Source: Octopus sinensis (taxonomy: Eukaryota). From it: a stretch of DNA of 64,000 nucleotides. Under the pieces are notes generated by a model. That model saw nothing but the letters and a program-made list of their open reading frames with translations, did no database searches and was not told the origin of the DNA. Location of the stretch: contig NC_043007.1 in assembly GCF_006345805.1 (NCBI RefSeq), forward strand, positions 21,886,001 through 21,950,000, in the 5' to 3' direction. Position numbers and translations under genes: made by a program. This document shows, piece after piece, positions 11,825 to 42,700 of this stretch; the first letter of the stretch is position 1; each line of letters opens with the position of its first letter.

Positions 11825-12348
11825 CTTCCAGCATCATCATCATCATCATCTTCGTTTAGCATCCGCTTTCCATGCTAGCATGGGTTGGACGGTTCAACTG
11901 GGGTCTGGGAAGCCAGAAGGCTTCATCAGGCCCAGTCTGATCTGGCAGAGTTTCTACAGCTGGATGCCCTTCCTAACGCCAACCACTCCGAGAGTGTAGT
12001 GGGTGCTTTTTACGTGCCACCAGCACAGGTGCCAGGCGAGGCTGGCAATGGCCACGATCGGATTCGTGCTTTTTACGTGCCACCGGCATGGAAGCCAGTC
12101 AAGGCGGCGCTGGCATCGGCCACGTTCGGATGGTGCTTTTTACGTGCCACCGGCACAGAAGCCAGTCTAGGCAGCGCTGGCATCGGTCACGTTCGGATGG
12201 TGCTTTTTACGTGCCACCGGCACAGAAGCCAGTCTAGGCAGCGCTGGCATCGGCCACGTTCGGATGGTGCTTTTTACGTGCCACCGGCACAGAAGCCAGT
12301 CTAGGCAGCGCTGGCATCGGTCACGTTCGGATGGTGCATTTTACGTGC
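11825..12348 (-). mobile_element. RTE 3'-UTR tail with 67-bp internal tandem units
   Basis: (CAT)n start; cacgttcgga at 12121, 12188, 12255, 12322. Confidence 0.8.
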
Positions 12349-12904
12349 CAAAAAAAAAATAAGCAGAAAAAATATGGGCGACACATTCAATTCCCAATAT
12401 TATCACCCTCTTAAAAGAACAACAACAATAAAAAAGATGGAAAGACAGAGACTCCAGAGTAAAAAAAAAAGGAAGGGTCTTTATCCGTATTTTCGATAAA
12501 TTCTTGAAGTACAATATACATATATGAGACGTTTTGGCACCACCTGCTTGGCATTGTTGATTCCACACAATTCAACACATTTCTCATTCTTTCCTCCTCT
12601 CTCGCTCTTTCGGTTCCTCCATGTGGTTATGAGTGAGCATCTTTCAATTTCTCTCTTGGTGTTGGAGAAGAGAGGAGAAAGTGCTCATGGCATTATGTTC
12701 AATTAATAAAATCGAATGTCTCTCTCACTCTTTATGTTTGTATGTGGACATTTCTGCACATGCATGCATGCATGTGGGCCTCCGGCACCAAAAAGTGCCG
12801 TTGCCAAGACACACCGAATGTCCAGTCATCTGCGTGAAATTGTCAGTGTCCAAACAACCACACCCAATCATCTCTTTCTGCAATATACACACTGATCAAA
12901 GTAC

Positions 12905-13119
12905 TGTTATACATTTGTAGTAGTAGCAGCAGCAGTAGTAGTAGTAGTAGTTGTCGTTGTTGCTGCTGTTGTTTCTCGTTGTTGTTGCTGTTATTATTGT
13001 TATTGTTGTTGTTGCTGTTATTGTTATTATTATTATTATTACTGTTGTTAGAATTTGTTTTCTGATATGGAATATGAATTTAGAATTCATTTCATTGTAT
13101 GTGAACCCATATACATACT

Positions 13120-13156
<37 letters not shown>

Positions 13157-13360
13157 AATATATAAATATATATATATACTGTAAATATATTCATAATTAT
13201 AGTATATATATTTATATTTGTATGTATGTATATGTAAGTATATAAATATATATATATATATATACTCATAGTAAACACATCATTTATAGTAAGTTTATGT
13301 ATATACATATATATATATAGATATATATATATATATATATCCATACATATATATACTATA
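12905..13360. repeat. Compound microsatellites (GTA/GTT/TTA)n and (TA)n
   Basis: Read directly; lies in or near the putative SIRT3 3' UTR. Confidence 0.85.
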
Positions 13361-13510
13361 AAAATAGGTAGAATTCAAAAAATAATTTATTTGTTAAATA
13401 AAAGATACTAAATATTGAAAACTATGGATTTTCTCAAAAATTATTTACAATTTTCTTTGTCTGTGCTTTTTATCTTTTCATGGTTGTCTTTAGAACAAGC
13501 TCGGATTGTT

Positions 13511-32451
<18,941 letters not shown>

Positions 32452-33029
32452 AATATAAAATTTAAACGTACAAAACTTGTGTATAACAACAGAGAGTTTC
32501 GTACAATAAGATCTCTACCGTATAAGTAATTGTCATGGCATCCGAGGTGAAAGTTGACACTTGTTCAGAGCGGAACCGTATTTCACTGTGAACAACAATG
32601 GGAGATAACTGGTATCAAATTACACGGCTGTCGACAGCAGTGAATATTTGTAATTGCAGCATACAAAAGTATATTCTCAATAAGGTATATATCTATATAT
32701 GTATATTTATATTGACTATATAATTCCTGAGAAATGTGTATAGTGAAGTAAAGAGTGAAATCGACAGAATTCTGTTTTAGCCATTCATCATGCTTAATAC
32801 TTCCGGTTATTGTCACACATGGTTAACTCCCTTCCTTAGCAACAGTTCCTTAGCAATAATTCAGGGGTTCTTTCTTTACCAGTAGTTCTACGGATAGTTT
32901 TAATTTTTTTTTTAATCATTCCAGGAAAAGCTTTGACTGTCAGTCTTCTCTGTCATTTGGTAGACCTAAAAATATTATTTCTTATTAAGGATAGCGTCAA
33001 TTGAGTTTATTATACAAATAGTTTGTTCT

Positions 33030-34190
33030 CATCATCATCATCATAGTTTAACGTCTGCTTTCCATGTTAGCATGGGTTGGACGATTTTGACTGAGGGCTG
33101 CACCAGGCTCCAATCTTGATCTGGCAGAGTTTCTACAGCTGGATGCCCTTCCTAACGCCAACCACTCCAAGAGTGTAGTGGGTGCTTTTATGTGCCACTG
33201 GCCACGCTCAAATGGTGTTTTTACGTGTCACCTGCACAGGTGCCAGTCCAGCGGCACTGGCAACGACCTCGCTTGAATGTTGTTTATCATGTACCACCAG
33301 CACAAGTGCCAGTAAGGCAACACAGGTAACGATCATGGTCGAATGGTGCTTTTTATGTGCCACCGGCATGGGAGTCAGTCAGCAGCCCTGACAACGATCG
33401 CGCTTGGATGGTGCTCTTAGTGCTCCACTAGCACGGATGCCAGTCATGCGGTGCTGTCATCGAATTTAATTTCGATTTCACTTGCCTCAACACGTCTTCG
33501 CAAGCAGAGTTTAGTGTCTAAAGAAGGAAAAGGTATGCCTAAGTGGGCTGGTTACACCACTGACATAGGCCACAGGTTATGGTCTCACTTGGCTTGCCAG
33601 GTCTTCTCAAGCACAGCATATTTCCAAAGGTCTTGGTCAGTAGTCATTGCCTCAGTGAGGCCAAACTTTTGAAGGTCGTGCTTCACCACCTCATCCCAGG
33701 TCTACCTCTTCCAGTTTCCCTCCACTGTTAGGGTGTGACAGTTTTTCACACAGCTATCCTCATCCATTCGCACCACATAACCATACCAGCACAGTCGTCT
33801 CTCTTGCACACCACATCTAATGCTTCTTAGGTCCAACTTTTCTCTCAAGGCACTTACACTCTGTTGAGTATGCACACTGACATTACACATCCAGCAGAGC
33901 TTAAGCATGTCCTCGGCAGTCACGGTCCATGTTTCACTGCCATGTAGCATGGCTGTTCATACACATGCATCATACAGTCTACCTTTTACTCTGAGCAAGA
34001 GGACCTTTGTCACCAGCAGAGGTAGGAGCTCTCTAAACTTTGCCCAGGCTATTCTTATTCTAGCAGCTACACTTTCAGAGTACCCACCCCCACTACTGAC
34101 TTGGTCACCTAGGTAACGGAAGCTATTAACAACTTCTAGTTTTTCTCCTTGGAATTGCGGAAGTTGTTCTCTGCACATTTTCACCTATAC
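33030..34190 (-). mobile_element. 5'-truncated RTE-clade LINE (RT C-terminus, 3' UTR, (GAT)n tail)
   Basis: LEVVNSFRYLG...RIRIAWAKFREL...KGRLYDACV / MLHGSETW...QERRLCWYGYVVRM; contiguous with the abundant tail family. Confidence 0.9.
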
Positions 34191-37100
34191 CTGCATAAAA
34201 GTGACAGGAAACATTTTCTGCAATACACAAACATACTTATTTCTTTACTACCCACAAGGGGCTAAACACAGAGGGGACAAACAAGGACAGACAAACAGAT
34301 TAAGTCGATTACATCGACCCCAGTGCATAACTGGTACTTAATTTATCGAACCTGAAAGGATGAAAGGCAAAGTCAACCTCGGCGGAATTTGAACTCAGAA
34401 CGTAACGGCAGATGAAATACTCATTTCTTTATTACCCACAAGGGGCTAAACATAGAAGAGACAAACAAGGACAGACAAGGGGATTAAGTCGATTATATCG
34501 ACCCAAGTGCGAAACTGGTACTTAATTTATCGACTCCGAAAGGATGAAAGGCAAAGTCAACCTCGGCGGAATTTGAACTCAGAACGTAGTGGCAGACAAA
34601 ATACTGCTAAGCATTTCGCCTGGCGTGCTAACGTTTCTGCCAGCTCACCACCTTGACATATAAAAGTAATGTTTTTCAAATGTGGTGGGAGGGTATGCTC
34701 TGGTGGCTAGTTATTGTAAGGGAGATAATCATATCTCAATCTAGGTTGATGGGAGAAATTGAATTTTAAATCAAAGAGCAAAGAAAAAAATGCATAGAAT
34801 TCTATTATTCTTTTACTCGTTTCAGTCATTTTGACTGCGGCCATGCTGGAGCACCACATTTAGTCAAACGAATCGACTCCAGGAGTTATTCTTTGTAAGC
34901 CTAATAGTTATTCTATCAGTCTCTTTTGCTGAACCACTAAGTTACAGGGACGTAAACACACCAGCATCGGTTGTTAAGTGATGGTGGGGGAACAAACACA
35001 GACACACACATGATAGACTTCTTTCAGTTTCTGTCTACCAAATCCACTCACAAGGCTTTGGTCGGCTCAAGACAATAATAGAAGACACCTGCCCAAGGTG
35101 CCACCCAGTGAGACTGATCCCAGAACCATGTGGTTGGTAAGCAAGCTTTCTACCACACAGCCAATCCTGTACCTATGTATTGTTTTAATTTTTTCCTCCA
35201 CTCATTACAAAGATCTTAAAATTTCTTTAAGTCATTGGTAATATTTCCTTCCAAGTAAAAGTCTGTTGTCTGTTCAGTTTATCACCATACAGAGTCCACA
35301 ATGTTGGTATTAAGAAAGGCACCAAGCTGTAAAAACCATGGCACAGCAGACACTGGAGCTCAATGCAGTCCTCAACCAATTTCACATGTTAACTATGGCA
35401 CTCATCATCATCATCATCGTTTAACGTCCGCTTTCCATGCTAGCATGGGTCGGACGGTTCGACCAGGGTCTGGGAAGCCAGGAAGCTGCGCCAGGCTCCA
35501 GTCTTATCTGGCAGTGTTTCTACAGCTGGATGCCCTTCCAAACGCCAACCACTCCGTGAGTGAAGTGGATGCTTTTTACGTGCCAGGCGAGGCTGGCAAT
35601 GGCCAAGATTGGTTCGTGCTTTTTATGTGCCACCAACAAAGAAGCCAGTCAAGGCAGCGCTGGCATCGGCCACGTTTGGATGGTGCTTTTTATGTGCCAC
35701 CGGCACAGGGATCACAACTACAGTTTCCATTGATTCTTGAAGTTGGTGTACTTGACTCAATAGGTCTCCTCAAGCACAGGGTCGAAACGGTGTTTCTTCA
35801 CTTGCCACCTGCACTGGCAACGGTCAGGTGCCGGTCATAGGGTTTGGTTCAGTTTCGATTTCACTTTCCCCAACAGGTCTTCGCAAACAGAGTTTAGAGT
35901 CCAATGAAGGGAGGTTGGCATGGGTGCCAGTCGTCGGATGTGGCTCGATTTTGAATTCAATTTCGATTTCACTTGCCTCAACAGGTCTTCGCAAATAACT
36001 TCCGGAGGAGCTACCTCAGTGCTGTATGATCTTAACAAAAAAACCCCCAAAATGAAGTAGACTGACATGTAAATTTTGAACCTGTGGAAGGCACACTTGA
36101 CGCCGAAATATCATTCAACCAATTTCGCATGTTAACTATGGCCCTCTTCTATTTACTTCTCGATAACTTCTGGAGGAGTTACCTCAGTCCTATATAATCT
36201 TAACAAACCATTAACCTGTCAAACCACCCAACACATGCCAGCATGGAGCATAGACGTTAAGTAAATGCTGGTGTGTTTACGTCCCTGTAACTTAGTGGTT
36301 CAGCAAAAGAGACTGACAGGCGCAGGAGTGGCTGTGTGGTAAGTAAATTGCTAACCAACCACATGGTTCCGGGTTCAGTCCCACTGCGTGGCATCTTGGG
36401 CAAGTGTCTTCTGCTATAGCCCCGGGCTGACCAATGCCTTGTGAGTGGATTTGGTAGACGGAAACTGAAAGAAGCCTGTCGTATATATGTATATATATAA
36501 GTGTGTGTGTATATGCTTGTGTGTCTGTGTTTGTCCCCCTAGCATTGCTTGACAACCGATGCTGGTGTGTTTACGTCCCCGTCACTTAGTGGTTCGGCAA
36601 AAGAGACCGATAGAATAAGCACTGGGCTTACAAAGAATAAGTCCCGGGGTCGATTTGCTCGACTAAAGGCGGTGCTCCAGCATGGCTGCAGTCAAATGAC
36701 TGAAACAAGTAAAAGAGTAAAAGAGTAAAGAGAGAGAGAATAAGTATTAGGCTTACAAAGAATAACTCCTGGGGTCGGTTTGTTTGACTAATAGATGATA
36801 ATGATTGAAGAGAAACATGTTCCAAATCTAAAAAATAGATTTATTTTTAAAAAACTCAACAAGTTGTTTTATTAAGAAACGGGTGACATTTTATGAAAAA
36901 TATTTTTTAAAAATGATATTTAATTATAACAAGATTATATAAAAAAATATATTAAAAAAATGCATGGGTGCATATTATTTATATTATGTAAGCTAATTAG
37001 GAAAATAAAGTGATATAAATATGGTTCTTAAAATATATATAAATAGATGAAATGAGAGTATCAGCCAAGTGAATAAAAAATTAAATTATAGTTTCAAATC

Positions 37101-37377
37101 CTGATTTTGGTCTGCATATCATCTTACTATAAAGCTTCATTGTCCATCTTACCTCAGTTGACCCAGAAGAAATCACGTAAACAAGAACTACGGTCACTTC
37201 TCGGCCCAGGGCTCATTAATGTTAACAATGGTGTCATGATCAAATTATTCCGGATGTCTGACTTCAAGAGAAAAAATTTAAAAAATCACTTGTCGTCAGA
37301 TTCGGTCCACTTAAGAAGTGTTAAAATTAAATATTAAAATTTGTCTTTATGATTTTATGTTGATCATTTTCTGCTGG

Positions 37378-37506
37378 TTACATCTTGATATGTCTTCGAC
37401 AAATGCTGTTGTGAGCTGGAATTGAAACAAGCCCTGCAATGGCTATGCCCATTGAATCAGCAACACAGGTCACTCCAATACTGAACTCTAAGTATTCGGC
37501 ACTAAT
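37378..37506 (-). CDS. CLN3: CLN3 last exon ([21 protein letters not shown]...[11 protein letters not shown] stop)
   Basis: EF....C..D..GI and H...C motifs; ends TAA. Confidence 0.92.
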   Translation of the reverse strand: MSAEYLEFSIGVTCVADSMGIAIAGLVSIPAHNSICRRHIKM

Positions 37507-39673
37507 CTACAATAGAATAAAGAGAAATTGGTTGGTCATCATTACATAATTTTGCAAAAGAAGTTGAAGACATATATATTCTTCAATAAAAAAACATATA
37601 ATATATAGAAAAGAGCAAGATTTATTAAAATCATTTTTAAACATTTTCAACATTTCAACGTGCTAGCAGGGTGCAAAGAGCACCATCCGAGCGAGATCGT
37701 TGCCAGAGCGGCTAACCAGCTTGCATGCCAGTGGCACATAAAAGGCACCATTTGAGCGTGATCGTTACCAGCATCGCCTTACTGCCCAAGGTGCCATGCA
37801 GTGGGACTGAACCCAGAACCATGTGGTTCGCAAGCAAGCTACTTACCACACAGCCACTCCTACGCCTATATAATTATAAAAAATAATAATAATGAAATTA
37901 ATTGTATACAGTGCTCAGGTGCACCACAACTTGTCAGAAAGTGCGTATAAAGTACATGCAGTAATGTAGAAATGTCTGGAAAGCGAACAATGTATGAGTC
38001 AGATACATGCCTGTGTGTATGGAGGGGAGAAAATCAGGTGTAGTGTTGGCGAATCTCAGAAAGCATGGAAGTTTTGAAGGATGCAGTGCTCCGACAACTA
38101 ACAACTGATGCCGGCAGTTTGTTCCATGCTTCAGCAACTCTCAGCGTGAAAAAATGTTTCCTGAAGTCATGGGAGCTGTGCTGTTTTCTTACTTTGTAAA
38201 TATTATGTAGCCTTTGATTTAAAGGAGGTAAAAAGTTTTAGTATTGTTGTTGTCGTTTAACTCCCAAGCCAGCCGTGGCCACCCACACTTCTTTTCTGAA
38301 GATATAGTATGGCAAGGAATTCTATGCAGTTCCTTTTTCAAAGATGGTCTCCCATCTCCTTTGTTGATTTGCTCATGTCGTTATAGCTGCTAATAGCAGG
38401 GAACATGTTAGGAATTAGAGATAAAAAACACTGGCCATCTTTCGGTATGAGAACCATAACTGTCACATGTTTTTGTTTACATTTGAAGAAGAAGATCGTT
38501 ACTCTCCGTAAAGTTGTTTTTTTTATATATGGGAGGTTAGGGTTAGGATTAGGGTTAGTGTTAGGGTTAGGGATGGGAGAAAAGGGTTTCTTTTTTCTTC
38601 AGATAGTGTTAGGGTTAGGGGTGGGGGAAAAGGGTTTCTTTTTTCTTCAGATAGTGTTAGGGTTAGGGTTTGTGTTGGGGTTAGTGTTAGGGTTAGGGGT
38701 GGGAGAAAAGGGTTTCTTTTTTCTTCAGATAGTGTTAGGGTTTGTGTTAAGGTTAGGGTTAGGAGAAAAGGGTTTCTTTTTTCTTCAGATAGTGTTAGGG
38801 TTAGGGTTTGTGTTAAGGTTAGTGTTAGGGTTAGGGGTGGGGGAAAAGGGTTTCTTTTTTTTTTCAGGTAGTGTTAGGGTTAGTGTTAGGGTTAGGGGTG
38901 GGAGAAAAGGGTTTCTTTTTTCTTCAGATAGTGTTAGGGTTTGTGTTAAGGTTAGGGTTAGGAGAAAAGGGTTTCTTTTTTCTTCAGATAGTGTTAGGGT
39001 TAGGGTTTGTGTTAAGGTTAGTGTTAGGGTTAGGGGTGGGGGAAAAGGGTTTCTTTTTTTTTTCAGGTAGTGTTAGGGTTAGTGTTAGGGTTAGGGGTGG
39101 GAGAAAAGGGTTTCTTTTTTCTTCAGAAATGTAAACAAACCCACGTGGGTTTATAATTGGCAATTATGGTACTTGTACCGTAAGGTGGCCAAAATACTTT
39201 TAAATTACTTACCTCCTGTGACATTCGGTAATATGTATTAACATAAGCTAAACCACCTTGTATTCCTTCAATAAATATTACTGCAATGATGATCCAAAAG
39301 TTCTTTATGTAATGAAAGAGAACTTGTGTCTGAAGAATGGCCACAATGCCCATCTGGAAAGGAAAAAATTTTTTTTAAATAAATAAAAGCAAATCAAGGA
39401 AGAACATATTTTACCGTTATGGTCTACTACTGTAATACAATCCAAGGGGGTGAGGAAAAGTTCCTGGCTTTGGGTAAAAGAAAATACAGGAAAATCAGTT
39501 ACAGGCACTGGAGTGGCTGTGTGGTAAGTAGCTTGCTAACCAACCACATGGTTCCGGGTTCAGTCCCACTGCGTGGAATCTTGGGCAAGTGTCTTCTGCT
39601 ATAGCCCCGGGCCGACCAATGCCTTGTGAGTGGATTTGGTAGACGGAAACTGAAAGAAGCCTGTCGTATATAC

Positions 39674-39740
<67 letters not shown>

Positions 39741-42700
39741 TTGTGTGTCTGTCCCCCTCGCATTGCTTGACAACCGATGCTGGTGTGTTTACGTCCCCGT
39801 CACCTAGCGATTCAGCAAAAGAGACCGATAGAATAAGTCCTGGGCTTACAAAGAATAAGTCCCGGGGTCGATTTGCTCGACTAAAGGCGGTGCTCCAGCA
39901 TGGCCGCAGTCAAATGACTGAAACAAGTAAAAGAGTACTTATAATTTTATTCAACATAGTCCTCCCTCTTAGATTCACACACTTATTGTTGAGGTCTCTC
40001 AGTTTTTCTAAGCCCTGTCAAAGAACTCAGAAGTTTTGGGCCCCTGACCAAGCCTTTTGTGATACCCTTAAAACCAGGAACTTTTCAGCAACCCCTCATA
40101 TTTATATATTTTCTTTTTATAGGCCGTTCTATATATTTTGTGTTTTTATGTGCATTTATATTTTTCACCTTCTGTGCTTTTTTATTTGTATTCCTTTCAT
40201 ATGTCGAAGGGCATGGTAATGTTTATATCTGATAAAATGTATGGAAGCATGGTGTATGACTAGAATTAGATGTTTGTTCTCTAATCAATGATCTTTTTTT
40301 TGTCTCTATCTCAATTTCATTTCAGCACTTTTTTTTTGCAGTCCTATAAACCCCTATAAAAAGAGGCAAAAAATTATTTCTTGCTATACACACATAAACA
40401 TATACATATATATATATATACATATATACATATGCTGTAGAAACTCTGCCAGATCAGACTGGAGCCTGGTGCAGCCCCTGGCTTCCCAGACCCCAGTCGA
40501 ACCGTCCAACCCGTGCTAGCACAGAAAACGGATGTTAAACGATGATGATGATGATGATATACATATATATATATACACACATATACATATATATATATAC
40601 ACATATACATATATATATATACACACATATACATATATATATACACATATACATATATATATACACGCATATACATATATACACATATAATATACATATA
40701 CACATATACATATACACATACATATATATATACACACATGCACAGATATACAAGGGGATGCTGAAAAGTTCCTGGCTTTGAGTAAAAGAAAATACAGGAG
40801 GATCAGTTAATTATGATTTTATTCAGCATATTCCTCTCTCTGGTTCACACACTTATTGCATTGGTCTTTCAGTTTTTCTTATTTCTTGATTTACCACAAG
40901 GGGCTAAACATAGAGGGGAGAAACAAGGACAGACAGACAAACATCGATTAATGATGATATACACCGCCGATAGTTGTTGTTGACAAACAACGGCAGTAAT
41001 TTTATTCAGCTGAATACACATCATTGATTGGTTGAAATTACCGAAATAGGACAAATTTAACAAAAAATAACTTTGTAAATATAAAGTTTTCTCAGAAACG
41101 CTAAGAGTAAAAGATGTTTTATATGACACATTCTACCAGTATACGAAGTTTGAAAGTGTTTTGTTACAAAAAATTATTTTCTAAATCTGTCGGTCAAAAG
41201 GTAAAGATCCAGGAAGAGGGAATAGGAGGAAGGAGAAGACAGAAGAGGAATGACACATTAAAAGCAAAAAGAATCAGACAAAAGTCATACAACTCTTTAC
41301 TTTCTCTCTTACTTGTTTCAGTCATTTGACTGCGGCCATGCTGGAGCACCGCCTTTAGTCGAGCAAATCGACCCCGGGACTTATTCTTTGGGAGCCCAGT
41401 ACTTATTCTATTGGTCTCTTTTGTCGAACCGCTAAGTGACGGGGACATAAACACACCAGCATCGGTTGTCAAGCAATGCTAGGGGGACAAACACAGACAC
41501 ACAAACACATATATATACATATATACGACGGCTTCTTTCAGTTTCCGTCTACCAAATCCACTCACAAGGCTTTGGTCGGCCCGGGGCTATAGCAGAAGAC
41601 ACTTGCCCAAGATGCCACGCAGTGGGACTGAACCCGGAACCATGTGGTTGGTTAGCAAGCTACTTACCACACAGCCACTCCTGCGACAACTGTAGAGAAT
41701 ATCATTGTCTTGAGCATTTAATTTTTTTGTTCTCGATGTGAAAGGAAAGCAGGATCTTTTCGGTTTGAACGGCAGTTTTTTAAAATAATTTCCACGTAAC
41801 TAAACACTCTTAAACTTCGTATACTGGTAGAATGTGTTTATAAAATATCTTTTTCTCTTGGCTTTATTGAGAAAATTCTATAGTTCGGAAGATATTTGTT
41901 GTTGCTTTTTTCTGCTTCAATTTCTGCAATTTCAACCAATCAATGACGTCTATTGAGGTAAAAAACATTCTGTGCCGTATGAATATGTCCCTCATTTAAG
42001 AAACAGATTGGGTTTATTTACATTTGTGAAGAAAAAAAGATACCCTTCCCCCCCACCCCTAACCCTAAAACAGATTGAAATGCAATAGATCGATACTAGG
42101 GGTCATAATTATGGGTGACAATTTCATATGATACCACTAGAAAAAACTGCCGTTCAAACCGAAAAGATCCGGAAAGCATTACCTGAAAGGAATTACTTGA
42201 AGACGATAAATGCTGGACAGAGAAAAGTATAAAAAGGAGAATGAAATTTGTACCTGTAATATAACAGGCACCCAGAGGAATTTCAAATGGAAAAGGTTTA
42301 CAGATGAGCGGGCAATAAAAACACCAATTTGGTAATCAACTTGATACCTACAAGATCAATAAAATAGATCAATAAGTCAATACAGAATAAAATTGGGAAC
42401 AAAATAAGCATTACATTTGACAAAGTAATCTGAATGATTAAGATTGGATTGAATCGTTGTTATGAATTAATTATCACCTGTTTCTCTCTCTCTGTCTCAC
42501 TATAACCTTTCATCAGCTGACACAAGATCACCTCCTCCAATGCCCCCTCTCCACTCAAAAGATTTTTCTGTCTTGCAAAGTATTTGGTGACCCTGTCAAT
42601 GCAGGTGCCACTTAAAAAGCATCCAGTGTACACTGTAAAGTGGTTGGCATTTGGAAGGGCATCCAGCTGTAAAAACCTTGCCAAAACTGACCTCGCCCTG

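Noticed and set aside
32800-32860. ttccgg and two ccttagcaa (RFX half-site-like) motifs upstream of SIRT3
   Set aside because: Plausible promoter position, but the motifs are short and not a full X-box; cannot be supported without TSS data.
38405-39134. 221-aa Gly/Leu/Val repeat ORF
   Set aside because: Stop-free reading of the TTAGGG-rich satellite, antisense within a CLN3 intron.
42184-42213. 30-nt AG...GT segment with a good pyrimidine tract downstream of the CLN3 94-nt exon
   Set aside because: No battenin similarity and the flanking exons already join in frame; at most a cryptic exon.
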